Of a DNA stretch of 64,000 bases, positions 49,431 through 64,000 are shown in pieces. A program made the translations under genes and the position numbers. Numbering within the stretch: the first letter of the stretch is position 1; each line of letters begins with the position of its first letter. The DNA is from the human T2T-CHM13v2.0 reference genome, Homo sapiens, in assembly GCF_009914755.1 (NCBI RefSeq), contig NC_060933.1. The stretch is one strand, 5' to 3'. The notes under the pieces are model-generated. The model saw only the letters and a list, made by a program, of their open reading frames with translations, ran no database searches and was not told the origin of the DNA.

Positions 49431-49803
49431 CATTGATCAGATTTAGTATTTCTTGGACCACTCTGCCAGGAAGTGGTGCTTTGGGTGTGAGAAGAAAAGA
49501 AGCTAAAGTTCTATAGCCCTCTGAAAGTTCTCTGTGGCCCCTCTCAGATACCTCTTTTGCTGTTATCTCTTCACAGTCTTCTCTTTCTTCTTAGACTAGG
49601 GAGAGAGAGGCATGGAGCTACCTCCCCACTGGGAATGATCTTCTGTTTCCTTCAGTGGAAACAAAGTGAAGCCTGGGGAGAAGCCACCAGGTCGACATAG
49701 GCTGGCAAAATGCTCTCTTGCAATTTCATAGGAGGTGACATTGGGGTATGACATGGTAAGAAAAATACCCAAAACATTAGTTCAAGAGAGTACAACCTGT
49801 CCT

Positions 49804-50133
49804 TTATTTATTTATTTATTTAGAGACAGGGTCTCCCTCTATCCTTCAGGCTGAAGTGAGGTGGTGAGATCATAACTCACTGAATCTTTGTCCTCCTGGG
49901 CTCAAGTGATCCTCCCACCTCAACTTCCCAAAGTCCTGGGATTACAGGCATAAGCCACCACACCAGGCCTCTTTTTTATTTGTTTTTTAAGGCAGGGTCT
50001 CGTTCTGTCACTCAGGCTAGAGTACAGCGGCACAATCAGCTCACTGCAGCCTCAAACTCCTTCACTCAAGGGATCCTCCTGCCTCAGCCCCCAGAGTAGC
50101 TGGGATTACAGGCTGGAGCCACAGCACCTCGCC
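49804..50133 (-). mobile_element. Two tandem FRAM-like monomers in one TSD
   Basis: Two right-arm-type monomers; TSD CAASCTGTCCTTT. Confidence 0.8.
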
Positions 50134-50451
50134 CTCAAGCTGTCCTTTCGTGACCCACTGAACCATTCATTGTTGAAAAGGCTCATCCAAGAATTATGTA
50201 ACATGCAATGAGACAGTATCCTCTATGACTTTGCTATTTACTATTAATTAAGGTTGAGAATCATCAGTGATGTTGCATGTTAATTTGTAGATTTTTGATT
50301 AGCAGAGAAGCAAATGATTTCTGAAAAGTAGAAACTCCCAAAGGTTGTAGTGTATTGCCCTATAGGATATTAACAATGTATCTAGCCCAGTGACCTTACT
50401 CTGATGTTCTTTTTTAAAATTGCCTTCAAATAGCCCATTCCTCAAATAGGC

Positions 50452-50856
50452 TTGTCAACTTGCTGTGCCATGATGCCCAAATATTTGGGCAAATATTATT
50501 CTGGATGTTTCCATGAGGGTGTTCTTAGGTGAGATGAATATTTAAATCGGTGAACTTTGAGCAAAGCAGATTACTTTCCATAACGTGGGTGGGCCTCATC
50601 CAGTCAGTTAAAGGTCTGAATAAAACAAAAGACTGACGTCTCCCGAACAAGAGGGAATTCTATCAGTAGATGGTCTTCAGACTTAATCTGCAACATCGGC
50701 TCTTCCCTGAGTCTCCAGCCTGGCAATTTATCCTACAGGTTTTGGACTTGCCAACCTCCATAATTGCATGGGCCGATTTCTTAAAATAAATCTCTCTATC
50801 TCTTTCTCTGTTTACATCCTAGTGGTTCTGTCTGTCTAGAAAACCCTGACTAGTAC
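50452..50856 (+). mobile_element. MLT2C/D-like LTR
   Basis: GTGGGTGGGCCTCATCCAGTCAGTT...AAACCCTGACTAGTACA. Confidence 0.8.
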
Positions 50857-51189
50857 ACTATCTTACTGGTTCCTTCACTAATTAATGAGTTAAATAACAC
50901 CTTTAATACATGTTTATTCTGTTGTTTTATACAAGTCATATTTTTATTTCACTTTTGAAATTTATAATTTAACAGAGGGTAGAGGCTGATCTAGTGATAA
51001 TAGAGGATTCCTTTGTGCTGGCCTTGTCCTCTGGCAGTTATCTCCCCTGGGAACCTCAAGGAGGGGAGGCTGAGGCACAAAAGGATGCTGGTGCATGCAA
51101 TCTTAGATCTTAGCCAAATACTACTTCCTGACATCTCACTGAGAGCACAAGCCACATATTGTAAGAAGCAGAACTTTGAAATAAAATTA

Positions 51190-52265
<1,076 letters not shown>

Positions 52266-53308
52266 TTAAACAAGCAGTCAAATGAAACTGAAGAGGAAAT
52301 ATATTCTATTTTGCCTGGAAAAATATCTCCTTCGCACCTTCTTGAAACACTTGTTAGCAGTGCCAGGTACAGGGCCCACCCAGAACAAAGCTGAATAAAT
52401 GTAATTTCAACACAGTTTCTAAAATACAGCTCTTAGTGCCCTCCCAGTTTCTGAGGTTCTTGGCCTACTAAGAACCAGGGGTGGCGTGCAAAGATGTAGC
52501 TGGTCTTGCCTGTGCTTGCAGAGCAGAGTAAAGCCTAAGTGAGGTATATATGGGATCCGTCCTCACTTAGAATATACCTGAGGGAGACTTTGAGGGGTGA
52601 TCTGCCAAGGATACTGAGCCAAGCTTCTTCCCAGGAGCTCCTGTTTGAATGAAATGTTAAATAGCACAGACAGGGCCCAGAGTTAGTGGGGTGTAGCTTG
52701 CTGGGCAGAACTGGGTTACTCCCTGGCGTGCCTCCCTGATCCATGGATGAGGCAGTGGGAGGATGTCCCTCCTAAGCAGTCCCTTTTTATTAAAAAGAAA
52801 AAAAACTTTTAGGTTTAGGCGTACGCATGAAGGTTGGTTACATAGGTGAACTCATGTCATGGAGGTTTGTTGTACACACTATTGCATCACCCGGGTATTA
52901 AGCCCAGTACCCAGTAGTTATCTTTTCTGCTCCTCTCCCTTCTCCCACCATCCACCCTCAAGTAGAGCCCAGTGTCTGTTGTTCCCTTCTTTGTGTTCAT
53001 AAGTTCTCATCATTTAACTCCCACTTATAAGTGAGAACATGAAGCATTGCTTTTCTGTTTCTGTGTTAGCTTGCTGAGGGTAATAGCCTCCAGCTCCATC
53101 CATGTTCCCATAAAAGATAGGATCTCATCCCTTTTTATGGCTGCATAGTAGTCCATGGTGTATATGTATCACGTTTTCTTTATTCAATCTGTCATTGATG
53201 AGCATTTAGTTGATTCCATGTCTTTGCTATTGTGAATAGTGCTGCAATGAACATTCAGGTGTATGTGTCTTTATGGTAGAATGATTTATGTTTCTCTGGG
53301 TGTATACC

Positions 53309-53524
53309 TGATACATGCCTGGTAGGTGGAGGTTGCAGTGAGCCAAGATCGTGCCACTGCACTCCAGCCTGGGCAACAGAGCAAGACTCTGTCTATAAAT
53401 AAATAAATATCCATACATTCATACTGATAGATATTCCAAATAATGGAGTTATCCATTATTTGGAATTATCCATTATTTGGAATTTCTATCAGTATGAATG
53501 TATGGATATTTATTTATTTATTTA
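53309..53524. other. TSD-less templated insertion with fold-back palindrome inside L1
   Basis: Copy of 51461-51583 followed by its own inverted repeat. Confidence 0.88.
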
Positions 53525-54029
53525 TAATGGGATTGCTGGATTGAACAATAGTTCTGCTTTTAGCTCTTTGAGAAATTGCCATACTGCTTTCCACAATGGT
53601 TGAACTAATTTACACTCTCACCAACAGTGTATAAGTGTTCCCTTTTCTCTGCAACCTCTCCCCATCTGTTGTTTTTTGACTTTTTAATGATAGCCATTCT
53701 GACTAGAGTGAGATGGTATCTCATGGTGGTTTTGGTTTGCATTTCTCTAATGATCTATGATATTGAGCTTTTTTTCATATGCTTGTTTGCCACATTTACG
53801 TCTTCTTTTGAAAAGTGTTTGTTCATGTCCTTTGCCCACTTTTTAACGGGTTTGTTTGTTTTTCTCTCGTAAGTTTAAGTTCCTTATAGATGTGGATGTT
53901 AGACCTTTCTCAAATGCATAGTTTGCAAATATTTTCTCCCATTCTGTAGGTTGTCTGTTTACTGTGTTAATACTTTCTTTTGCTGTACAGAAGCTCTTTA
54001 GTTTAACTAGATCCTATTTGTCAATTTTT

Positions 54030-54337
54030 GGCCTGGTGCAGTGGCTCACACCTGTAATTCCAGCACTTTGGGAGGCCAAGGTGGATGGATCACTTGAGGC
54101 CAGGAGTTTGAGAACAGTCTAGCCAACGTGGTAAAATGCTGTCCCTACTAAAAATACAAAAATTAGCCAAGCATGGTGGTGCACGCCTGTAGTCCCAGCT
54201 ACTCAGGAGGCTGAGGCACGAGAATCACTTGAACCTGCGAGGCAAAGGTTGCAGGGAGCTGAGATCTTGCCACTGTACTTCAGCCTGGATGACAGAGCAA
54301 GACCCTGTCTCAAAAAAGCAAACAAACAAACAAAAAA
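54030..54337 (+). mobile_element. AluS/J in L1 ORF2, no clear TSD
   Basis: Alu consensus between L1 GTCAATTTTT and TGCTTTTGTT. Confidence 0.93.
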
Positions 54338-57300
54338 TGCTTTTGTTCCAATTGCTTTTGGTGTCTTCTTCATGAAATCTTTGCCCATGCCTATGTCCAG
54401 GATGGTATTGCCCAGGTTGTCACCCAGGTTTTTTATAGTTTTGGGTTTTACATTTAAGTCATTAGTTCATCTTGAGTTGATTTGTATATATGGTGTAAGG
54501 AAGGGATCTAGCTACAATCTTCTGCACATGGCTAGCCAGTTATCAGAGCACCATTTATTTAACAGGGAGTCTTTCTCCATTGCTTGTTTTGTCAGCTTTG
54601 TTGAAGATCAGATGATAGTAGGTGTGTGGTCTTATTTCTGGGCTCTCTATTCCATTTGATTGGTCTATGTGCCTGTTTTTGTACCAGTACCATCCTATTT
54701 TGGTTACTGTAGCCCTGTAGTATAGTTTGAAGTTAGGTAATGTGATGCCTCTAGCTTTGTCTTTTTGCTTAAGATTACCTTGCCTATTTGGGCTCTTTTT
54801 TGGTTCCATATGAATTTTAAAATAGTTTTTTCTAATTCTATGAAGAATGTCATTGGTAGTTTCATAGGAATATCATTTATTATGTAAATTGCTTTGGGCA
54901 GTATGGCCATTTTAATGATATTGATTCTTCCTATCCATGAGCATGGACTGATTTTCCATTTATTTGTGTCATCTCTGATTTCTTTGAGCAGGGCTTTATA
55001 ATTCTCATTGTAGAGATCTTTCACCTCCCTGGTTAGCTGTATTCCTAGGCATTTTATTCTTTTTGTGGCAATTGTGAATGGGATTGCCTTTCTGCTTTGG
55101 CTCTCAGTTTGGCTGTTGTTGGTGTATCAGAATGTCAGTGAATTTTTGGACATTGAGTTTGTATACTGAAACTTGCTGAAGTTGTTTATCTGCTGAAGGA
55201 GTTGATAAACAGCTCTCTTTTGGGCCGAGACTGTGAGTTTTTTGAGATATAGGATCACGTTGTCTGCAAACAGAGATCATTTGACTTCCTCTCTTCCTGT
55301 TTGAATGCCCTTTATTTCTTTCTCTTGCTTGATTGCTCTTGCTAGAACTTCTAATACTATGTTGAATAGGAGTGGTGAGAGAAGGCTTGTGCTGGCTTCA
55401 AGAGGAATGCTTCCAGCTTTTGCCGATTCAGTACGATGTTGGCTGTGGGTTTGTCATAGATGGCTCTTATTATTTTGAGGTATGTTTCTTCAATACCTCG
55501 TACATTAAGAGTTTTTTAACATGAAAAGTGTTTAATTTTATTGAAAGCCTTTTCTGCATCTATTGAGATAGTCATGTGGTTTTTGTCTTTGGTTCTTTTT
55601 GTGTGATAAATCACATTTATTGATTTGTATATGTTGAAGCAATCTTGCATCCTGGGATGAAGCCTATTGATTGTGGTGGATTCATTTTTTGATGTGCTGC
55701 TGGATTCAATCTGCAAGTATTTTGTTGAGGATTTTTGCATGAATGTTCATTAAGAATATTGGCCCATAGTTTTATTTTTTTGTTGTGTCTCTGCCAGATT
55801 TTGGTATTAGGATGATGCTGGCCTCATAGAATGAGTTGGGGAGGAGTTCCTCCTCCTCAATTTTTTGGAATAGTTTCAGTAGGAATGGTGCCAGCTCTTC
55901 TTTGTACATCTGATAGACTTTAGCTGTGAATCCATCAGGTCCTGGGCTTTTTTTGGTTGGTAGCCTATTTATTACTGATTCAATTATTGATCTTGTTATT
56001 GTTCTGTTCAGGGAATCAATTTCCTGGTTCAGTCTTGGGAGATGTAGGTGTCTAGGAATTTATCTTTCTTTTGTAGGTTTTCTACTTTGTGTGCACAGAG
56101 GTGTTTGTAGTAGTTTCTGATGATTATTTTTATTTCTGTGGGGTCAGTGGTAACATTCCCTTTATTTCTAATTGTATTGATTCTCTTTTCTTTATTAGTC
56201 TAGCTAGCAACCTATCTATCTTGTTAATTTTTTCAAAAAACAAACTCCTGGATTTGTTTATCTTCTGAATGGTTTTTTTGTGTCTCAATTTCCTTCTGTT
56301 TAGCTCTGATTTTGGTTATTTCTTTTCGTCTGCTAACTTTGGGGTTGATTTGCTCTTGCTTCTCTAATTCTTTCTGTTGTGATGTTACATTGTTAATTTG
56401 AGTTGTTTCTAACTTTTTGACATGCGCTTTTAGTGCTATGACTTTCCCTCTTAACACTGCCTTAGTTGTGTCCCAGAGATTCTGGTATGTTGTATCTTTG
56501 TTCCCATTAGTTTCAAAGAACTTCTTGATTTCTGCCTTAATTTAATTAACTACCCAAAAGTCATTCAGGAGCACGTTATTTTAATTTCCATGTAATTGCA
56601 TGATTTTGAATTATTTTCTTAGTCTTGACTTCTGTTTTTATTGTGCTGTGGTCCAAAAGTGTGTTTGGTATGATTTCATTTCTTTAATATTTGCTGAGGA
56701 TAGTTTTATGTCCAATTATGTGGTCAAATTTAGAGTATTTGCCATGTGGCATTGAGAAGAATGTATATTCTGCTGTTTTGGGGTGGAGAGTTCTGTAGAG
56801 GTCTATCAGATACAGCTGGTTCAATGTTGAATTCAGGTCCTTGAATGTCTTTGTTAATTTTCTGACTTGATTATCTGTCTAATGCTGTCAGTAAAGTGTT
56901 GAATTCTCCCATTATTATTGTGTGGAAGTCTATGTCTTTTTGTAGGTCTCTAAGAACTTGCTTTATGAATCTGGGTATGGCTGTGTTGAGTGCATGTATA
57001 TTTAGGATAGATAGGTCTTCTTGCTGAAATGAATCCTTTACCATTATGTAATACCCTTCTTTGTCTTTTTCGATCTTTGTTGGCTTAAAGTCTGTTTTGT
57101 CTGAAATTAGGATTGCAAACCCTGCCTTTTTCTGTTTTCTGTTTGCTTGGTATATTTTCCTCCATCCCTTTATTTTGAGCCTATAGGTGTCATTACATGT
57201 AAGACAGGTCTCTTGAAAACAGTGTACCATTGGGTCTTGCTTCTTTATCCAGCTTGCCATTCTGTGCCTTTTAAGTGGGACATTTAGCCTGTTTAAATTC

Positions 57301-57404
57301 AAGGTGAGTATTGATATCTGTGGCTCTGGTTCTGTCATTGTATTGTTAGCTGGTTATTAGGCTGGCTTGTTTGTGTGGTTACTTTCTAGTGTCATTGGTC
57401 TGTG

Positions 57405-57704
57405 TGTTTTGTTTTGTTTTGTTGAGGCAGAGTTTCGCTCTTGTTGCCCTGGCTGGAGTGCAATGGCGCGATCTCGGCTCACTGCAACCTCCGCCTCCTG
57501 GGTTCAAGGATTCTCCTGCCTCAGCCTTCTGAGTAGCTGGGACTACAGGCATGCACCACCACGCCTGGTTAATTTTGTATTTTCAGTAGAGGCAGGTTTT
57601 CTCCATGTTGGTCGGGCTGGTCTCGAACTCCCGACCTCAGGTGATTTGCCTGCCTCAGCCTCCCAAAGTGCTGGGATTACAGGGATGGACCACTGTGCCT
57701 GGCC
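57405..57704 (-). mobile_element. AluSp in the L1 inter-ORF region
   Basis: GAACTCCCGACC diagnostic; TSD TTGGTCTGTRTGTTT. Confidence 0.93.
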
Positions 57705-57812
57705 TTGGTCTGTATGTTTAAGTGTGATGTTTTATTAGTTTGTAGTGGTCTTTCTTTTCTATATTTAGTGCTCCTTTCAAGATCTCTTGTGAGGCAGGCC
57801 TGGTGATAATGA

Positions 57813-58199
<387 letters not shown>

Positions 58200-58745
58200 C
58201 AAGATTTTTTTGTTTAAGAAGTTGAATATAGGCCCCATTTTCTACTGGCTTGAAGGGTTTCAGCTGAGAGGTTCACTGTTAGCGTGATGGGGTTCCCTTT
58301 ATAGATGACCTGTTCTTTTACTTTAGCTGCCTTTAATATTCTTTTTTTCATTTTGACCTTGGAAAAATCTGGCAATTATATGTCTTGGGGATGGTCTTCT
58401 TGGGTGGAATCTTGCAGGAGTTCTCTGAATTTCCTGAATTTGACTGTCGGCCTCTCTAGCAATGTTAGAGAAGTTTTCTTGGCCAACAACCTGAAATATG
58501 TTTTCCAAGTTGTTTGCTTTCTCCCCCTCCCCTATGAATCATGCCAGTGATTCATAGATTTGACCTCTTTGCATAACTCCATACTTCTAGGAGGTTTTGT
58601 TCATTCCTTTTTATTCCTTTTTTTTTTTTTTGTCTGATTGTCTTCTTTCAGAGAGCCAGTCTTCAAGTTCTGAGAGCCTGCTGTTGATTTATTCTGCTGT
58701 TAATAGTTGTGATTGCATTGTGAAATTCTTGTATTGTGTTATTGA

Positions 58746-59065
<320 letters not shown>

Positions 59066-60135
59066 TAGGTTCTTTTTTATACCAGCTATTTTGTCCTTCA
59101 GCTCCTGTATTGTTTTATTTTGGTTCTTTGTTTCATTGAATTGGGTTTTTGCATCCTCCTGCATCTCAATGACTTTGTTCCTATCCATATTCTGAATTTT
59201 ATTTCTGTTATTCTTGCCAGTTCAACCTGGTTAAGAACTCTTGTTGGAGAACTGGTACAGTTGTTTGAAGGACATGTGACACCCTGGCCATTCGAGTTAC
59301 TAGAGTACTTGCATTGGTTCTTTCTCATCTCATCATGTGGATTTTCCTTTAACTGCAGTGTAGATTGAGTACAGTCAGTAGACTTCTTTTCTGGATGTTT
59401 TCACTGGGCCATAGCTTTGTGCAGGGTCTTTACTTGAAGCTGGCTTTTTGTCTCTGGTTTCAGAGGAGGGTATGTTAGTGAGGTGTTTTTTGTGTTGAAA
59501 GCTTTGAGGTGTAATCCAGCAGGTGGCACTTAAGACTTATTGGTCAGTTGGTAGACTCTTGCTAAGTTGTATGGCCCCTAAGTTTCCTCACAGTTGCAGC
59601 CATGTTCCCTCTCAGTGTTCTGAAAGTGGCTCTGAAACTGTGGGTTCTTCTCCCCCTTGAGTGCTGGCTGCAGATTATGGCTTGACACTGCTGGACTGCC
59701 CACTGCAGCTCTGGGATTATCTCCTTCCCCAACTTGGAGGTAGGAGACGAAGCGACCTTAGTAATGGTTGTGGTCAAGGGTCTTTTGCTTGTCTACTGGG
59801 GGCTCCACCCCAGAGTGATGCAGGTCAGCAATCGCTCAATGCAATCACTCCAGGATGGAGAGTCTATGCTGTGGGACAGGGGTTCCCTGTCTAGTGATGA
59901 GCAGATCGGTGGGGAAGGGGTTCCTGTGGGACACCGATTGACCTCCTCTCCTTGGGTTAACTGCAGCTTGCTGGAGGTGTGGATAAGGCACTTAGAGTCT
60001 TTGCTCCTATGTTAGTCTGAGGGTAGTAAGGGCAGTTCCATTGCACAGGTGGTGGCAGAGAGCTTTCAGTTGCCCCTGAGGGCTCTGTCCAGGGAGTTGC
60101 AGAGCTTCCATTGACTCGATAGCTCTGGTGGCAGG

Positions 60136-60915
60136 GTGGCTGGAGACCCAGGCCTGGAGGACCTTCCCAGTAAGGAAGTATGGGAACGGACACCCATATA
60201 AGTATGGCAACTTTTCCGTAGGGCTGCTGCAGTATGCTGAGGGCCTGCTCCATTCCCTAGTCACCTTGGATTTTCTAGAACCTGAAGGTATCAACAGTGA
60301 AGGCTATAAAACAGCAAAGACAGCAGCCTTTCTCTCCCTCTGGGAACTCTGTGCCAGAGAGGTACGAATCTGTTGCTGGCCTGAACATACCTGTAGGAGG
60401 TGGCTGGTGACCCCATCTGGGAGGTCCCATCCAGTGAGGAGAAACAGGTTCAGGGACCCACTTAAAAAATTGTTGAGCCACGTTTATGTAAAGCCGTTGT
60501 GCTATGCTGGGGGACCGCTTCCGTCCTGGGTTGGCTTGGACTCTCCAAAGGCTAGAATGGCTAAGTTGCCCAGCAGCAAAGATGGTGGCCCGGTCCCTCT
60601 CTGGGAGCTCTATCCCAGGGAGGTTTCAAATCTCTGTCAGCCGAAGAACACTGGCGAGAGTGGCTGGAGACCCTGGTTTTGAGGTCCTGCCCAGTGAGGA
60701 GGAATGGGAACAGGAACCTGCTTTAAAAAGCAGTCTGGCCACATTTTCGTAGAGCAGCTGTGCTGTGCTGGGGGACTACTTCCATCCCCGGTCAGCCTGG
60801 ACTCGCCAAAGCCAGGACTGGAACAGCTAAGTAGCCCAAGCAGCAAAGATGGTGACCTGTCCCTTCCCCTGTAAGTTCTGTCCCAGGGAAGTGCAGCACT
60901 GCTATTGGTGGCTGG
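60136..60915. repeat. Three diverged ~260-bp tandem units in the L1 5'UTR
   Basis: GTGGCTGG starts at 60136, 60400, 60660 (partial at 60908); shared CCAGTRAGGA and CAGCAAAGA. Confidence 0.8.
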
Positions 60916-61512
60916 CTGGAATTCCAAGCCAGTGGGTCTTATCCTGTGAGGTGTCATGGAAGTGGAACCTGCAGAATGTCGCTGCTCGGCCCCCTGGATT
61001 CAGCCCCTTTCCTAGGGGGGTCTAACCTCCCACTTTGCTGGAATTGCAGCTACTTTTGTCAGGAAGCCCAGAAAGCCCAGGTATCTAAGGCTCCTGGGTC
61101 TCTGCATGTACCTGAGCAGCTGCTCTGCCAAGGCTCCATGTAGCTCTGTGTGTCAGACTGAAGGCCCTGGTGGAGTGGGTTCACGAGGGGATCTCCTGAC
61201 ACAAGGATTACAAAGATCTTTGGGAACAGGGTGGGTTCCCAGGGTCACATATGCTCTCACCACTTCCCTGGGCAGGGGGAGGCTCCCCTGGCTCTGTGGC
61301 ACTCCTGAGTGAGCTACTGTCCTGCCCTGCTATTCTCCATTCTCCATGGGTCAAGTTGTTTCCTTGATTAGTCCCAATGCATGTACCTGGATGTTTCAAT
61401 GAAGGTACTGTATTTACTCACCCCTTTGATTCCTCTCTGTGAGAGCTACGCACACTACCTGCTTCTAGTCGACCACCTTGGCCACCTCCTGCCCCCAGCA
61501 GTCCCGTTTCCC

Positions 61513-62132
<620 letters not shown>

Positions 62133-63075
62133 CTCTGTTTTCTTATCCTTTTATTAGTCCCGTTGTGTTACTGTGTGCAATACTCGCTGCACATTTTAGC
62201 GGACTTTAAATGTGCTGCAACCGTTGAGTTGGATCTGCTATACTCTAAAGAGGAGAGACTCCTCTATTAGGTTGGAATCAGTATTTCCACGGTTTCATTA
62301 GTGAGGATTCAGACACCCAGATCCTTTCTCAAAAAGGGAGTTGTACTCACAAATGCCTGTTTTATAGAGATCCACACCCATATTCTAGGAATGCCCTTTT
62401 TCCTTGTGCATACAGCTGAGTAATGGGTCTTCTCAACTTTTTTTCTGAGGAATGAAAGAGGAAGGTGTTTGTATTTGTTCTCTATTGCTACATAAAAATT
62501 ACCACAAATTTCGTGACTTAAAACGACACCCATTTTTCAGTTTGCGGTTTTGTAAGTCGAAAGTTCAATGCTTTCACAATCAAACAGGAGACAACAGTGG
62601 GTCTAGCTGCCCAGGAGGAGTGATCTGGGAAACTAGGTCATTTTACACCAGAGCCATGACCTTGGCTAGCCAACTCTTTAGTGCTACAGCCACTTCAGTC
62701 AAGGAAAAGAAAAGGACAGGATTCAGAGTACTTTTGAAGAGCGTGAGAAAGCAGCTGAATTGGGGTTTTGCTAGGTTTACAGACTTTCCTGAGTGTTTCT
62801 GAAACCTGACTTCAGATCAAAATTTCATTTCCTATGACAGGATAGTTGGGACTGTGTTGGATTCATCAGCACACTGAAATTTGTCTAAGTCTCCAAAAAA
62901 AAAAACAAAAAACAAAAAAAACAAAACTCTCCTGACTCTTTAACTTTTCTTCTGTTGTCTGGACTCCCTTGAGGCTGCTCTTAAACTATTCTCTTTTCCA
63001 AGGTACCCTGAAAGAAAACGAATCTCTCAGGGCTTCAAAATGCAAAAGCAGCCAAAATCCTCCCTTTGCTTCCCA

Positions 63076-63374
<299 letters not shown>

Positions 63375-64000
63375 CCGTTGCTGTTACAATAGACTTACAG
63401 TCTTCACTTAGGCTTAAAGGAAGACACCTGAGCAGAATTGGGGTTCGTTTTACTATTCCAGTCTACAAGACAGAATTTGAAGGCTGCCACTCTCTTACTT
63501 TCTCTAACATGCTGCATTTTCACTTTTAAAGAACAGAGGCAGCTAAAGGCAGGTCTGTGTTCTCTCTCGGTTGGAGACATTTTTTACAACCAGTTTCGTT
63601 AACCAGTTAGAAAGCCTTCTTTTTTATTTGATATTTAAGATTTATGTGGCTCAGTTGCTTGAATGTAGCAAAGACTCACGTGCATTTAAATAGTATGCTT
63701 GGTTCTAAGATGTCAGAAGAGGCCAGATACTGCTACGGCTCTTTGGGATTCAAGATACCAAGCAGTTGCAAGAAGAGGAATGTGTGAATGGGCTCTCCAA
63801 GAGAAATAGCAAATGCTCCTATTTCTGCTTCTTTTGGTAATAGTCCCACTTAAAGGATACGGTTGTTAACCTACAACAGGAAAGGGATGCTAAATCTGGT
63901 GGAGAGTGAAGAAGATATTACAGTGAGGAAAAAGGAATTAACCTATAAAAACTATGTGGGGAACGGCTTATTACTTTGAGTTGACCTTGAGACTTTTCAT

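Larger units (their letters stand above)
53025..57338 (-). pseudogene. L1 ORF2 remnant (endonuclease/reverse transcriptase), disrupted
   Basis: MTEPEPQISILTLNLNRLN..WIKKQDP (EN), [15 protein letters not shown] (RT), [21 protein letters not shown]; many stops and frameshifts. Confidence 0.92.

Noticed and set aside
60128-60682. 184-aa plus-strand ORF antisense in the L1 5'UTR (ORF0-like?)
   Set aside because: GTG start, lies in the decayed tandem units, and no similarity to ORF0 that I can recognise
62186-62219. GCTGCACATTT..AAATGTGCTGC hairpin
   Set aside because: 11-bp stem with a mismatch is within chance expectation

Overview
Primate, almost certainly human-like, non-coding genomic DNA (intergenic or intronic). 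I could not support any host protein-coding exon or RNA gene. The supplied ORFs are Alu/L1 read-throughs or short chance ORFs. The window holds about 55 Alu/FLAM/FRAM elements or fragments, MIR and L2 relics, old L1M fragments, DNA transposons (MER63, MER58, MER20, MER81, MER5A, Tigger3a, MER46C) and solo LTRs (MER41A, a MER61/MER51-like LTR, THE1D, MST/MLT1, MLT2, LTR16, LTR33-like). One full-length, TSD-flanked, decayed L1PA13-15-type LINE-1 lies at 52.8-61.5 kb on the minus strand. Repeat family names come from recalled consensus sequences, not a database search. The least ordinary structure is a set of locally templated duplication and fold-back scars: a ~245-bp direct duplication (23.5/25.2 kb), a ~265-bp inverted duplication (43.2/44.4 kb), a TSD-less insertion in the L1 copied from 1.8 kb upstream that folds into a ~53-bp palindrome (53.3-53.5 kb), and several smaller snap-back insertions. 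Motif-level regulatory candidates are a G4/Sp1/ETS cluster at 28.8 kb, CTCF-like sites, and a repeat-free island at 30.7-32.3 kb.
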